A stretch of 46,837 nt of DNA from Spongospora subterranea f. sp. subterranea. Taxonomy: Eukaryota. The notes below the pieces were generated by a model, which was not told where the DNA came from, ran no database searches, and worked only from the letters and a program-made list of their open reading frames with translations. A program made the translations under genes and the position numbers. This document shows, piece by piece, positions 23,881 through 38,386 of this stretch. Location: NCBI GenBank assembly GCA_049724395.1, contig JAUGWO010000134.1, forward strand, positions 1 through 46,837, written 5' to 3'. Positions within the stretch are counted from its first letter, which is position 1. The number at the start of each line of letters is the position of its first letter.

Positions 23881-24756
23881 AATCCCGTGTATGTGGTTGC
23901 AACTTGACCACAATCTGTCGTTGGCTGAAAAGTGACTCAATTCCGATATGATCTTACATATACACTATACAGCCCACATACTAATCACATGTTTTATGAA
24001 GGGTGATTTTATTTGTAAAATGTTTGATGTTCAACGATTGTTTGAACTTAAAACACGCTCAAATATCGGGCTACGTTCGTGTAAGGAGCTGAGAATGAAG
24101 AGTAGGTGACTATACCATGGAGCTTAATACCAATGAACAACATTTTCTTCTTAATATAGTTTCCGCAAAAATATCGGGGAATCAGTTGTCGTAAACATTC
24201 AACGGGAGGACCTTGTCCATTAGCGTTGAACAGCGTTATTCAGTGCTTAGTGTTTTCCCGTGTACGATCCTTGGAATTTCGCAAGGTTCTGCCTGTCCAA
24301 ACCCACGATCAAGGTACCTGAATGAACGAACTGAATAGGTTTTCCTGGCGTTATATCGTGCCATCAGCTCAAGCACGTTGCACCAGTCAAGTACCTGTTC
24401 AAACTGCTCATGTCTATTCCCATGGTCACGTTACGAATAACGCAGATCATTCGAGTAGAACTGTTGGAACAAACTGTTCAAATCACTGGTATCGCAACTC
24501 TCTCTCTTTTCCTCTCTCTCTGTTACTACAGTCGTTTACACTCGCTCTCATCAAAATCATTTCTATAATCATATCGCATTCCGTTAATACACATTGAATG
24601 ATTATCGGCAATGTCAAATCCATCTATCTCAGTCGGATTCCCAGGTTTCACCGCCTCGCCCGCTTTCTGCCATTCTTGGTCACACCGTCATTGTCCGGCG
24701 TCGCCGTACATCGCGGAATCTTTCACAGCGGTTTAACAGCCCGTCTCGACGGAGGG

Positions 24757-26482
24757 ATGGAGTCCAGGGCCGAGATGGAGGCGGCTCGATTAGCAAGGTT
24801 GAAGCGGAAGCGAGAGGATCAAGGCCCTGTGGATTCCTCGTCGCTGACGGAGCATCGGGTAGCGCCGGTAGCGCCATCCACAGGGAAATCGTTATGCTCA
24901 CTGCCCTATTCCAATGGGTTTATTGGATTGACCCCGACGTTCACCAGCGAGGTCAAAACTGGCTGTCCATCGCTCTCTATTCGGGATATATTCTCAGATT
25001 CGTCGGCAATCAATCTGGCGTTAATTTCCACATTTGTTGTCGATACAGAATGGATTATGGAGCATATTCACAGCAAATCAGCTGATATTTGGTTGGTGAA
25101 ACATTGGACTAAGGATGATGGTGAAAAGGTGTGATTGTCGTTCTTTGATTATTATTCATTACGAAACCATAATCTAAGAGGTTTGCCATAGAAAGGGATA
25201 TCCATTAGTGATCGTTTCTCGAATCTTCACATTGTTCATCCACCGATTGTGACTGGATTTGGCTGTGTTCATGCCAAGCTAATGGTGTTGTTCCATGTAC
25301 GGCCCGACGGCACAAAATTTATTCGCGTTGTGATATCGTCTGGAAATCTCATCGAGGTTGATTACGAGATGATGGAGGTACTTGTTTTACTCAGTTTTTT
25401 TTCCTTCTTGTTTTCATCACATTTTTAGAATATCGTATTCGTTCAAGATTTCCCCCTGTCATTTGAGCGAGCGGCGTCTCAGAGTTTGTCTGAATCTGCT
25501 ATTGCATTTAAGGCTGATCTGAAAGATTATCTAATTCGGCTGACGATTCCCAGTCGGCAAGTGAATCTATTGGACGACTATGATTTCTCGTCCGCCACTG
25601 TTTGTAGATCCGCGATGTCTATCGCTATCGTCTGATTTCGTTTAGGTTAGAATAGTTGCATCAATACCTGGTCAACATCGCGAACACTTTGGACAGTTCT
25701 CGTTAGCTCGTGCAATCAAAGCTAGTTCCTGTTCTCTGAGCGAGATGGAATATTCTTCGAAGGAGCTAGAGCTGACCTGCCAGTGTTCATCCCTAGGCGC
25801 TCTCACGCCTCAATGGCTGGACGAGTTTTATTTCTCGGCCGCTGCTGCGTCAGTTCCGTTCACCCGTCGGAAAGTGGTGCCACCTGTATCGGTTGTGTTT
25901 CCAACACGAGAGACAGTGACGAGTTCATTAGCTGCGCAAATAGGAGGACATGGATCCATTAGGTTCAGGGAATCAAGTTATAAGTCTGCAGCGTTCCCGC
26001 GCCACATTTTAAGAGATTGCATCAGTCGCAGAACGGGATCGTTAATGCATTCGAAAGTAACAATCTGCACTGTCAACTTTGAAAAAATAACTCAAAGTGC
26101 ATTCAGATTATTGTCGGGCGTTTTACTAGTCAAAATTCGGAGCGTTCTACAAAGATTGCCGGCTGGGTATACTTCGGATCCCATAACTTTACCAGAGCCG
26201 CATGGGGTGGCAAAACAAATGCAGGCCATTTGACAATTAATAACTGGGAACTTGGCGTTCTCGTCCCGATTAAACGAGCGTCGACTGGCCAACGACTCGA
26301 TAATCAACCAATTGTGGAAGATGCTGACGTTGCTTGGGAGTCCGCATTACGCCAATCTAATATTCCTATCCCATTCGTAATGTGAGATTCGCATCGCATT
26401 GTACTTTATTTTGCTCAGAGCGTGACTGGTTACCGTTAGGCCACCCCCGAAATACGGTTCAAAATTGCCATGGACACAATAA
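24757..26482 (+). CDS. TDP1: Tyrosyl-DNA phosphodiesterase 1 (multi-exon)
   Basis: Both HKN motifs are present: GCVHAKLMVL..IRVVISSGNL and LMHSK..GWVYFGSHNFTRAAWG; also CQCSSLG, INNWELGVLV and IPIPF..PW. Confidence 0.9.
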
Positions 26483-27549
26483 ATCAAAGTCGTTGGTTTC
26501 GATGAAATAGGTTTTGTGAACAAGAAACGTATAATTTTCAACCTCTGTGCTAAAATCCACTCACCACAATAATAAATTAGGCAGTTGATATAATTACTTC
26601 GACTTCTATGAAAAACTGCGACGCCGTTTCGCTAATCAGAAAACGACAACGGTGAGTTGCTCAAATGACTGGCATTATGCCCATAGAGGCCGCGGTGAGC
26701 ATAACTCGATAGCAAACAAATTTAGATAGTGAGCGCCAGAACCTTTGGCGAATCTGTTGACTGGTCAAAGCCGCTATCATTTTGATAAAGTTTGTTTCGT
26801 TTTACGGAGGAGTATTCTACTGTACCATCTGGGTTGCGCAGTCGGGTTGAATGCGGCCAAGTTGCCACCTTTGACTGGCAGGCATCTTTTTTCTAAGCGC
26901 GTTTCAAGGCAACCAACCTCAAGCGAGCGAAAGCCTGCCTGCGTTGGCTGCTGTTTATTGACGTAGTTAAGTCATCTGCGTTTCCTGCAACTCATCATAA
27001 TGTCGATTCCTTCTGCCATCGTTTTCGGGACGGAAATGTTCATTCTGATGGGGGTGTTGACTTGTCTGTTTAGTGGAGCGTTGCGGCTAGCTGGTAAGCA
27101 CAACGAATTCGGGTATGAAATTGAGTTGTGTTTCGCTAGAGTTTTCCAATGTTTGCTAACATTCCGCTAAGGCTGTCATTGACCCTTATATCAACAGCAA
27201 CTTTTTGCATGTGGTTAATGTGGGTGCTTACATGGCTAATGCAGTGGCATCCTCTTATACTACCTGAAAAGACAAAAGTCCATTAACTATAAACTATTGT
27301 TGCATTTGCCCAAAGTCCGTTGCTGCACTCATTTTTATGTCGGCTTCTTCGAAATTTTCTTCATTCTCGGTAGAGGACAGAATTTTGCAAAAATGAAGTT
27401 CCCGGTAGATTTTATTTAGTTTTTTGTTTATTTCATCCAATGGGCACCGTCATTATATGTTTTCATAATGGCAATATTGGAAGAATTATCAGGAAATATA
27501 ACAAGTACAGGAATGTTTACACAAAACGACTTCGACAGAAATCATAATA

Positions 27550-28428
27550 TCATAAGATTGCACAGATCTTCTTCCGATGTGCTGAACCAGGCAACGGCTT
27601 TTTCTCCATTTTCCGAATCTCCCGAACGACTTGAAAAAAACATTCTTCGTTGTTGATCTTCATTTTTGCGCTTGTCTCAAAAAATGGGCATCCCCATTGA
27701 GCGGCTAAAATCACCGATTAATATTGGTTAAAAGATGAAAAATACAAGGGCATCAAGCAACGGTTATAGATCGACCTTACCTAATTCTTCCCCTTCAGAG
27801 GTTTGCACTTGCCTTTCATCTGTTAGGTCGCATTTGTTCCCGCATAACGCTATCGGAACCTTTTCTTGGTCTTTTGATCGAAGAATTTTATCGTATAATG
27901 ATGATACCTCATCAAATGTGTTCCTGTTAAACAAATCAACGGATACTGTTTTTGGGTCTATAGAATTGCTCGAACATGGACGTAACGTTATACACAAGAA
28001 GAAACCCTTTGCCATCTCGCATCCATTGATCTTGCATAGAAGAGAACTCTTCTTGACCAGCTGTATCCAATATATCGAGAAGAGCGGTTTCGTCATCGAC
28101 CATGACCTGTTTCCGGTAGCTGTCCTCTGTTAATATCACAATGAGTGACCTTCCATCATAAAGTGCAAAAATACGAACCAATCGTAGGATCATATTCGTC
28201 TAGAAAGTTATCGGTGACTAAGCGAATGGTCAGTGCTGATTTACCAACACCTCCTCCTCCAAGCACGACCTAATTCCGCATTCAGAAATTGAACTGATTG
28301 AAGATAAAATTTCAATGCCAAACATCTCATAATCATAAAAAAATAAGGAAACAAAAACTGAGCAACAAACGCTGAAATGATGTAAAACAACAGACAATGC
28401 GATATTCGAGTTGTTGGCTGTCCGCCAT
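27550..28428 (-). CDS. RAS: Ras-family small GTPase (multi-exon)
   Basis: [62 protein letters not shown], polybasic tail and CAAX box CAIL. Confidence 0.93.
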
Positions 28429-29552
28429 GATCGATGTCAATTATGTTGATCGAACGGGGCGACGGGTTCGGCAATGTCGCCAGTAATCGACTCAGAAATA
28501 AGCGCAGCGAAAGATGCTGAGCGTCTGGGTCGATATAGTGGGCGGTAGTTGGTAAATTGGAGCAGCGACTGACGAGATTGTAATGTTCGGTAAGGTGTGA
28601 AGTGTCGTCGAGTCCTGTATTGAGCACTGGCAAGCAAGGGCCGCAGCGGGTCACTCACAGAAGCACCAGACGGCGCCCATCGGGTCGCGTTGGCTAAGTT
28701 GTTATGTGCTACAGGCAGGTGTACCCTCGTGCACAGTGTATGTGACTCTATAACTACAAGTGACCTTTATTTCCACAGTCCACATGGCGCTGCCCAAGCC
28801 TGGGGGGATCATTTTGGGCGCCCGGACCTTGTCGCCTTCCCGTACGGCTTTATGAGGGGCCAGAACTTTGGCATGTTCGTCGCATCGAAAAGTACTGTTA
28901 TTCACCATACTGAACTATGGAGAAAACGTCCTTACAACGAATCTGACACCAATCGGTTCATGATAACTTTGTCGAATTATCAGCGTCAACGGTGATTTTG
29001 TTTACTGATAGCCACCATCTGAGAGTATCGATAATAGATTGTGGGACTGCTGCTTTTCCATTGGATAGTTTCAGATACACAAGGACACATACATCAGCAC
29101 AGATGGTACATATAGAAACGGCATCAGGATCAGACTGAATTACACTGTGGTTGCAAAGTAGTCTTTGAGCAGACAGGTAGGTTTCTGACAATCATCTGTA
29201 ATGAAATGCAAACTGTTAGACAGTAATGATGGCCAGGTGCCATTGCCTACTGTAGTATCATTGCTGAAACATAAATATCGTAACTCCGTGGTCGTGTTAC
29301 TCGTGCATGGTGATTGACAAGTGGGGGTGGCCAGTAGAATACCGACAGTATCATGTCCACGCAATAATCACTGATTATATAGGTGTAGACTGTATCAACT
29401 CTCCCTACCAGACCAGTTTGCAATCATGCAGATCATGATCATGGCCGCTAATTGCTCATTGATCTAGCGGTATAAGCCTCAATCACGAACATCATCTGCT
29501 GCCGCTGACGAATATTGTTCGTCAATACCCGCCGTGCCCAGTCGATATTATC

Positions 29553-32500
29553 ATGGAAGGTGGTGAGAATGAAGCAGTTATTGTGTTTAAACAGCGCTAT
29601 CATGATTATGCTTGTGGTTTGTATGAATTTACGAAGCCGTCTGTGATCGAATGGAGAATGAAAGGCCGGGTATTTTAATTGTCAAAGAGTTTTTCTTTCA
29701 GTAAATTTTGATCTAAGCATATCTCTTGGTATAGATGCGAACCGTTAGCGTAGCGCTAGTGCTATGTTTGAATATCGGGGTTGATCCCCCTGATTTAGTA
29801 AAACCGCAACCATGCGCCCGTCTTGAATGTTGGGTTGATCCGTCAACACTCCCTCTTGGTAGAGCTCTGCCAACGGTAATAGTCACCGAAATTTCCCGAC
29901 CATTGCGTTTCCAATCGTCTGCTGGGATTAGATAGGCAATCGTTTACAAGAGCAATATGAAAGATGGCAACCTCGTGCCAGATACGTTCAAAGTCTCGAC
30001 CAAACTGTTGATGATATTCGTAAGCTGTGTGTCGCACTTCGCAGATCTTCCAAACAAGAACGCATTTTGTTTCATTATAATGGCCATGGAGTTCCAAAAC
30101 CGACATCAAATGGAGAAATATGGGTGTTTAATAAGGTTCGATGTGTTTTTTTTTCTTCTGTTTGGCCTTATTGTGGTTTTAGAATTACACTCAGTATATT
30201 CCTCTCTCTATATTTGACCTCACAGCATGGCTCTCCTCTCCCTCTATCTACGTTTTTGATTGTAATTCTGCTGGTGTACTCACTTCGGCGTTCGCTACTT
30301 ACGAGAATCAACGGAATGAAGCAGAATGCAACATCAATAATGACACAATCATATTGATCGCATGTAAGTGTGTTTAGTAGGTCCCAATTAATAATATTTG
30401 ATTGAATCGACCATCAGGCGCTGCTGGCGAGATGCTTCCTATTGGGCCGGAACTTGGTGTCGCCGATGTCTTCACCTCATGTCTTCTGACTCCAGTACGA
30501 AAGAGTTGCATCGGTTGTGGTTCCTTCATAAAAATGGTATTTAGATCGAGATGGCTCTGAGATGGTTCATCTGCTGCACTGTTCCTTTTCTTCGTCAAGT
30601 AACTTATGACCAGGTCTTTTGTTCGCCATGTTGTGTTGTTGAAAGTTTAATTTTTTTTGTTCAGATAGACCTCATCCCCGGTAAATTCAATGATCGCAAG
30701 ACTCCCGTCGGAGAACTCAACTGGATTTTTACAGCAATAACTGATTGTATATCGGACCTCATTTCAGTTTTAATCGGAAAGTCTGAAACTTAGTGTAGCA
30801 ATTGCATGGTCATCTTTGCCATGCCAACTGTTTCAACGGTTATTCCGTCAAGATCTGCTTGTTGCGTCCCAATTTCGAAATTATCTGCTGGCGTGTCGGG
30901 TCATGCAATCTTTGGGTTGTCATCCACAATCACATCCAGCGCTACCGCAGACCACTTCCCATCCAATGTGGCAGCAATGGGACCTAATAGCGCAATGGGC
31001 TATTGGTCAACTTCATAATCACCTACATGATCCGGAACATAATGCTTTCCAAGTATAGATGGCTTGCAGTTTGGTTTTTTACTTACACTCGATTGTCGTA
31101 GTCCAGCACGTTTTTTACCGAACAATTGACCGCTTTCGAAGTTTGGCTTGAATTCGCCTCTGAAGATAAAAAACCTATGCAATTACCTGTTGTTCTTCAG
31201 GTAATAGTATTTAGCTTTCTCAATGCATTGCTTGATATGTGCTTTTTTCAAACAAGGTCTTGTTAAGTCAAGCTCATCGATTGCGTGCTCTCCAGCTTTT
31301 GGCGCGTTTTGTTGACATGGGACCTTGGGCAGTTAGTCTTGTAAAGAGTGCAACAGTTTGCAATCATGTTTTAAATCTCGATGTAGTCGCTTTCCGTCGG
31401 AATTTTTCCTTATGTACTGAAGTTATTGCAAAGCCCAACACAGGAGTTGAAAAACATTCTTGTCTTTATATGGTGCAAAATCATTGCTGTAGACCAGGTC
31501 AGGTTTATTTGTTCCCGAGGATCGTGAATTTTGAACGTCGTCTAGTCTTGTCAGCGTGAATTAGTCAAGGACCATTATCATTTGTACTTTTTGACGCATG
31601 TATCATCATCGAGTTCTCTTCAGCGATCCATGGCATTATTTATTCTAGCAAGTATAACTGATTCTTTTACGCAAGGTTTATTTTTTGACAATCGCTTGAC
31701 GTATGCGTTTAATTTTTTTGCTAGGCCAAGCTGCTGTCTTAAACGGTTCAGGATTGACCATTTTTACTCAAGGAATTTTATCTGTTCGACAAAATAGCCC
31801 ATTATTTCGCCAGCTCTGCCTGATCTGTCTTGGTAAATTGTGGGAGCTAAATGGAGTTGTTAGAGACGCAGCTCTTCGCCATCAAAGTCCTAATGAAAGC
31901 GTCGTTGAGCTGGCAGTCAACGTGGCGTTGAACGATCATAACGCCATGGTAGAGAGTACAAAAACGTTCATGACATTATTTTTATCATATTTAGGTCCGC
32001 GCTGCTGCTGTATTCGCTATCGGTTTATTTCTGATGCCAAATCACACCATGGCGATGCCTCTCGAACCATATGTATCCATGTATTTTAAAGTTCGTATAA
32101 AAGGTAACACGATTTTCCATTTAGGTTGTAGATATGCAGTTAGATATTGTTCGTCGGTTATGCCCGCTTATGGCTGATGGGTCCGCTTTAGTCCGGCATG
32201 AACTCGTCTTTGCCATTGCAGCCTTGGTTGAAGCTCAGAAGGTAATACTATTTAATTCACTCTGCTGTGATTTTTTTCAGTTGTGTGTGTTTTTCAGGTA
32301 GACTTCTCAAATATGGCCCACCTGATGTCATATTCGGAATCCTCAGAAATTTTCGATGCCGATTCTAATTATGGTCAGCACATCCTTGTTGTCGTCTGTT
32401 TCTTTGTTAATTGACCGCAGATGATCGAGTCTTTATTTGGAAAGTTGTCTTAACGGCGTGTCGAGATCCTATTCTTCTGATCTCACAAACTGCAACATCG

Positions 32501-34487
32501 TAATTACTCATCATGTTCGTTCTCTCATCTCAGTCATTTTGTTGCATGCGCAGGTTGCACAGTGTTATTCGCCCATGCCACTTCGTTCGTTCTATGTCAG
32601 GACAAATTATATCTGCTGGTATTTGGCGGTCCTACGGTTAATGATTTTATTTCTTATTCTGGTTTTTAGATGATGCAAACCGTTCAGTGCATCGAAGCGC
32701 ATCCGAATCTGGTTTATCTGAATACAGGAGCCAATCTTCTCCTTTAATGTCGGATTTTTTCCAGGCAATCAAGTAGCTGTTATCAGCGTGTTTGGTATTG
32801 ATTATTCTTCCTTAGTATGTACGCGAACTTTTTCTATCAGGTTCATGCAAAAGTCCAGATGCGTTCGTTGATGATGATGAAAGCCAATACATCGCTTGTA
32901 CCATTGTACCCTTGATTTAACAGAGCTATTTGCTTACTCTTTGTTAGGCCATCAGCAGAGTTGTTCCCACATCTCCGATCATAATCAGGTGTTAAGAAGT
33001 AAAAAATGCTCAAGTATTGATGAAAAGACGTTCCACACAGGTCAATCTGGGGAGTTAAACAATAATGTTAGTGTGTTGTTTCAGAGTTTTTTCTGTTTTG
33101 AGTTTTTTCCGTGGGATAGGTAGCGCTGTTTGCATCTCCTTTAGATGCAGTGAATTGTCTTGTACTACATCCCTATGAACCAATGGTTGTATCTGCTGAT
33201 GCCAGTCAGATCGCAATTTTCGATTTCGCTTCGAACAAATTAGTGGCAAATTTTGGCAACGAAAACTCCAGCGGTAAACGATCTTACAGTAAAAGGATGT
33301 GAGATTACCACCATTAATGCCTGTCGGTTTTAGGGCATCAGATTACGTCGATGCTGTTTATGAACCCAAGCGATATCTCACTTCTTTGTGTCGGTTCGGA
33401 TGATGGTAGGCACGGCCTAGCTTTGCGGAATGATTTGGTCAGTCTTCACAGGTGTCGTAAGAATCTGGAAACATCCGCATTCGGATCGTCATCAGCTTGT
33501 TTCGGCGTGGCATGCCACAACTTGTTTGAAACGTGGACATTCTCCAGGTCTGATCTTAGATTGGCAGCAAGCACATAGCAGACTGTTATGTAGTGGTGGC
33601 GGTGATGTTCTTAGGGTATGTGAAACATTGGTCATCTTCTGATTGTCGTTGCTTATATGCATCTATGTCAGGTATGGGATGTTAATGCTCAGATGGCAAT
33701 CGGCGATATAAATTTAGCCCATGTTGAAAGCAATGCGTCCTACATGTGTACGAATAGGGAAAACATCGTTTTCACGGGGCATGACAATGGCCAACTTCGA
33801 GTGTCTGATTTAAGGACGCCCTCAGAACAGGTTTCTGCTACTTATCTAAAGTTTACGCTGATCCAGATTAACTGCTTCACAGTCCACCTTAGTGTTTACT
33901 CATGAAAGTCAAGTAATCTCTGTTTTCGGTCAAAGCCATAACCCTTCCCCTCTCTTAGCGTCTGCATCGAGTCGTGGGGACATTCGAATTTCTGATTTGC
34001 GGATGTATTCTCGTACGATCCGGTTATTCCAAGTGCGACCTATGTCTTGTGCTTATCGTTGTGCTGATTTTTTTTTGTAATTAGGCGAATCAGCAATCTG
34101 CAACAAAGTCAGATACCTGGAGTAATTTCGCTGCCAGCAATTGTGGAAATGTGTATGCTTTCGCGTCCATCAAGCACTTTGTTGAGGTATCTGTTGTGGT
34201 TGTATTGCTATGGGATCGTAATGTAGTACAGGTTGGAAGCCTATCTGGATATGCACTTAACTCAATACGATATTACGATGGATTTCTTGGCCAACGGATT
34301 GGATCTGTCTCATCACTGGCATTTCACCCTCGATACCCACTGTTAGCTGTTGGGTGTACCGATAGGTGTATTTCCCTGCTTAACGATGGTAATCCAATTA
34401 GGTATGACTGTCGATTTCGGCAATCGCTCTTTTGATAACATTTTTTGTGGTAGCCGCCAACCATATATCTACGACCATGTCTCATAA
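29553..34487 (+). CDS. RPTOR: Regulatory-associated protein of TOR (Raptor/KOG1), many short introns; ends approximate
   Basis: [95 protein letters not shown]40 tail [20 protein letters not shown]. Confidence 0.93.
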
Positions 34488-35289
34488 AATTATTTTATTC
34501 ATTGTGTATCCTTTGTTTCTGTATTGAGCTCGGCTGCGTGAGATGGTTTGGTATTTATGGTCAATTCATCAAATAATTGCTGATAGAACTGATTGACAAT
34601 TTTCGCGATAGCTATCATCTTGCTAAAGCTTCAGTCGCTAATGTATCTGTGTAAAATTCTGAAAATCCTCATAAGTGTTATCCGGTGGCCTCCGAGGAAT
34701 ATTAGGTTCCGGTAAACTTGTTTATCAATAACGCAGATACTTTGCTGGGAAAATCTGTGATGCTCGGAAATCTCCTGTCCTTACAGCCTAACCGATAGCG
34801 TATACTGAAATTGAACCACAGGCAAAAAAACAGTCATCATTCACACAGAGCCTGGAACTGTGTCGTGGTTTCGAGCCGAATTGAGAATACCAGATCGGTT
34901 TCCCAGTAAACCATAGGGCTTTTACTGATCAAGAGCAATTTTTGAATCGCCAAAACCGGGAGTCTCTGATGAACAGATTCGAGTCGTTTTTAGGGCCTAC
35001 AAACAAAGCAGGGCATATTCGCAACTTGTTGCTGAACGACTGGTAAGTCGTGGACGGTGCGTATAGTTTTTTTAACAACGGATTGCCGGCCATCGAACTT
35101 GACGGGAGATGTTTCCAGATTGGACGAGTTTCCCCGAACCCTATTTGCTCTGCCTATGTTCACAATATGTCCTGTAGTAATTCGAATTGAAATCCTTGAT
35201 TTGACTGAGAAGCAACAACAACAGTTATGTGCAATCAATACGGCTACCTGTTGAAGCCATTTGGCTCTGTTTAGCTAGTTTCAAATCCT

Positions 35290-35900
35290 TTCTGAAAAAT
35301 CAAACCTAATATCGCATTACTTCCAGTGGCAATGAAACAAGTGAAGACCCGACATCGTCAGCGCAATTTTGATTTACGAGGCATTGAAAAGCAGCAACGC
35401 GTCATGTTCCCGGCCCAACCAAAACCGACTTCAATATAACACGGTCCTCGCACCATAATTATCAATCGATATTTAAGACCAAAGTTGCGGGTATTGCTCG
35501 ACATTCAATATGGACCCTAATTCATATCAAATGTATGCTTTCGTGCCAATGCAAAAAGTCGACAGGACGAGTGTGTGCCAATCGGGATTTCACCTCAAAT
35601 GTTTCCCCATGTTCTGAAATCAAATCACTAAGCGTTTGAAGAAGGTCATCGTTTCTGACCAACGTGAAACTAGTCGCCGACATTCCGTTGAACAAATCTA
35701 TACGCACCATCCACGAGTCGTGCAGTAGAGTAGCTTATCTTCGACGGCAAGCAATCTCCAACCAACCGGCCTGCAATAACCTAATAAACCATTTGGCCAA
35801 ACAGGCCCGTCACAAAGTCCATGATACGATAACTCTGTCGACAAATTAGATTATTGCATTATTGCACTTTGAACTGCATTTGTCCAATATACAATACCAC
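35290..35900 (+). pseudogene. Highly decayed relic related to the GCM-MULE at 1-2628
   Basis: Collinear fragments KPNI..FQWQ*..KTRHR, PHVLKS and SIRTIHESCSRVAYLRRQ parallel KPNL..EWQWRVTNTRYR, PHVLKP and SVCEIHESYGNLSRVAYFRRQ. Confidence 0.55.
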
Positions 35901-36206
35901 AGCAAGCATTACTCAGACATGCCTGCCGTGGTAATCGCTTTTTCGCAGTCGGAAAAACGCCCTGCACGTATTTACAGTATTTGATCGACTCCGTTTACAT
36001 TGTCTTTCCCGACATGAAATACTGAGGCAGGTGCAGTTGTCGGTCTTCTGCAGGCATCCACCCATTCTGTGTACCCTTGGACGTCAACACTCATTTTTGG
36101 ATAAATAACGTATTGGCTCGATGTTTGGGCCCAGAGCCAAGCGTGACGAATACTCGGAAAACGTATGGTTTTTTCTAGTCTCGGTGGACTGCTTGTTTGC
36201 CTTCAA

Positions 36207-38383
36207 CCGGTAGGGTTGCTATTCACTGATGGTCATTGTTACACCATCAGGAATGGTAGCGACCATGAGCAACCCCATTCTACCCCATACCTGAGGTGCG
36301 CGGTAGGGTTGCTATTCACTGATGGCCATACCTAGTCACACCATCACGAATGGTGACCCAGGAGTAGCCCCGTCCTACCCCATAGGCCATAACTGAATAT
36401 GGTGCGCGGTAGGGTAGATATTCACTGATGGCCATAGTCACACCATCACGAATGGTGACCCCCATCCTACCACATAGGCCATAACTGAATATGGTGCGCG
36501 GTAGGGTAGCTATTCACTGATGGCCATAGTCACACCATCACTACGTACATAAAGGTGTAGCGACCCAGGGGTAGCCCCGTACTACCACATAGGCCATAAC
36601 TGAACATGGTGCGTGGTAGGGTACTGTAGCTAATTCACTGATGGCCATAGTCACACCATCACTACGTACATAAAGGTGTAGCGACCCAGGGGTAGCCCCG
36701 TCCTACCACATAGGCCATAACTGAACATGGTGCGTGGTAGGGTACTGTAGCTAATTCACTGATGGCCATAGTCACACCATCACTACGTACATAAAGGTGT
36801 AGCGACCCAGGGGTAGCCCCGTCCTACCACATAGGCCATAACTGAACATGGTGCGTGGTAGGGTACTGTAGCTAATTCACTGATGGCCATAGTCACACCA
36901 TCACTACGTACATAAAGGTGTAGCGACCCAGGGGTAGCCCCGTCCTACCACATAGGCCATAACTGAATATGGTGCGCGGTAGGGTAGCTATTCACTGATG
37001 GCCATAGTCACACCATCACTACGTACCTAAAGGTGTAGCGACCCAGGAGTAGCCCCGTCCTACCACATAGGCCATAACTGAATATGGTGCGCGGTAGGGT
37101 AGCTATTCACTGATGGCCATAGTCACACCATCACTGACGTACCTAAAGGTGTAGCGACCCAGGAGTAGCCCCATCCTACCACATAGGCCATAACTGAATA
37201 TGGTGCGCGGTAGGGTTGCTATTCACTGATGGCCATAGTCACACCATTACGAATGGTGACCCAGGAGCGAACTTGAAGTGCGCGAGCCTGAATGGTGACC
37301 CAGGAGTAGCCCCATCCTACCACATAGGCCATAACTGAATATGGTGCGCGGTAGGGTAGCTATTCACTGATGGAGTAGCCCCATCCTACCACATAGGCCA
37401 TAACTGAATATGGTGCGCGGTAGGGTTGCTTTTATTCACTGATGGCCATAGTCACACCATCACGAATGGTGACCCAGGAGTAGCCCCATCCTACCACATA
37501 GGCCATAACTGAATATGGTGCGCGGTAGGGTTGCTATTCACTGATGGCCATAGTCACACCATCACGAATGGTGACCCAGGAGTAGCCCCATCCTACCACA
37601 TAGGCCATAACTGAATACGGTGCGCGGTAGGGTTGCTATTCACTGATGGCCATAGTCACACCATCACGAATGGTGACCCAGGAGTAGCCCCATCCTACCA
37701 CATAGGCCATAACTGAATACGGTGCGCGGTAGGGTTGCTATTCACTGATGGCCATAGTCACACCATCACGAATGGTGACCCAGGAGTAGCCCCATCCTAC
37801 CACATAGGCCATAACTGAATACGGTGCGCGGTAGGGTTGCTATTCACTGATGGCCATAGTCACACCATCACGAATGGTGACCCAGGAGTAGCCCCATCCT
37901 ACCACATAGGCCATAACTGAATACGGTGCGCGGTAGGGTTGCTATTCACTGATGGCCATAGTCACACCATCACGAATGGTGACCCAGGAGTAGCCCCATC
38001 CTACCACATAGGCCATAACTGAATATGGTGCGCGGTAGGGTTGCTATTCACTGATGGCCATAGTCACACCATCACGAATGGTGACCCAGGAGTAGCCCCA
38101 TCCTACCACATAGGCCATAACTGAATACGGTGCGCGGTAGGGTTGCTATTCACTGATGGCCATAGTCACACCATCACGAATGGTGACCCAGGAGTAGCCC
38201 CATCCTACCACATAGGCCATAACTGAATACGGTGCGCGGTAGGGTTGCTATTCACTGATGGCCATAGTCACACCATCACGAATGGTGACCCAGGAGTAGC
38301 CCCATCCTACCACATAGGCCATAACTGAATACGGTGCGCGGTAGGGTTGCTATTCACTGATGGCCATAGTCACACCATCACGA
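36207..38383. repeat. Satellite array with a 102-bp unit and ~115- and 121-bp variants, ~20 units
   Basis: Unit ccaggagtagccccatcctaccacataggccataactgaatayggtgcgcggtagggttgctattcactgatggccatagtcacaccatcacgaatggtgac; period 102 at 37471/37573/37675 and period 121 at 36601-36960. Confidence 0.95.
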
Positions 38384-38386
38384 GTA

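Noticed and set aside
11321..34487. Functional cluster of growth-signalling genes (Rab5, eIF4E, STE20, Ras, Raptor)
   Set aside because: Mixed orientations, unrelated genes interspersed and no shared motif seen; chance is sufficient without synteny data.
36207..38383. Hammerhead or HDV ribozyme, or 5S rRNA, tandem array
   Set aside because: CTGATGG lacks the CUGANGA core and there is no GAAA; I could not build the HDV nested pseudoknot; no resemblance to 5S. All plus-strand frames of the unit contain stops.
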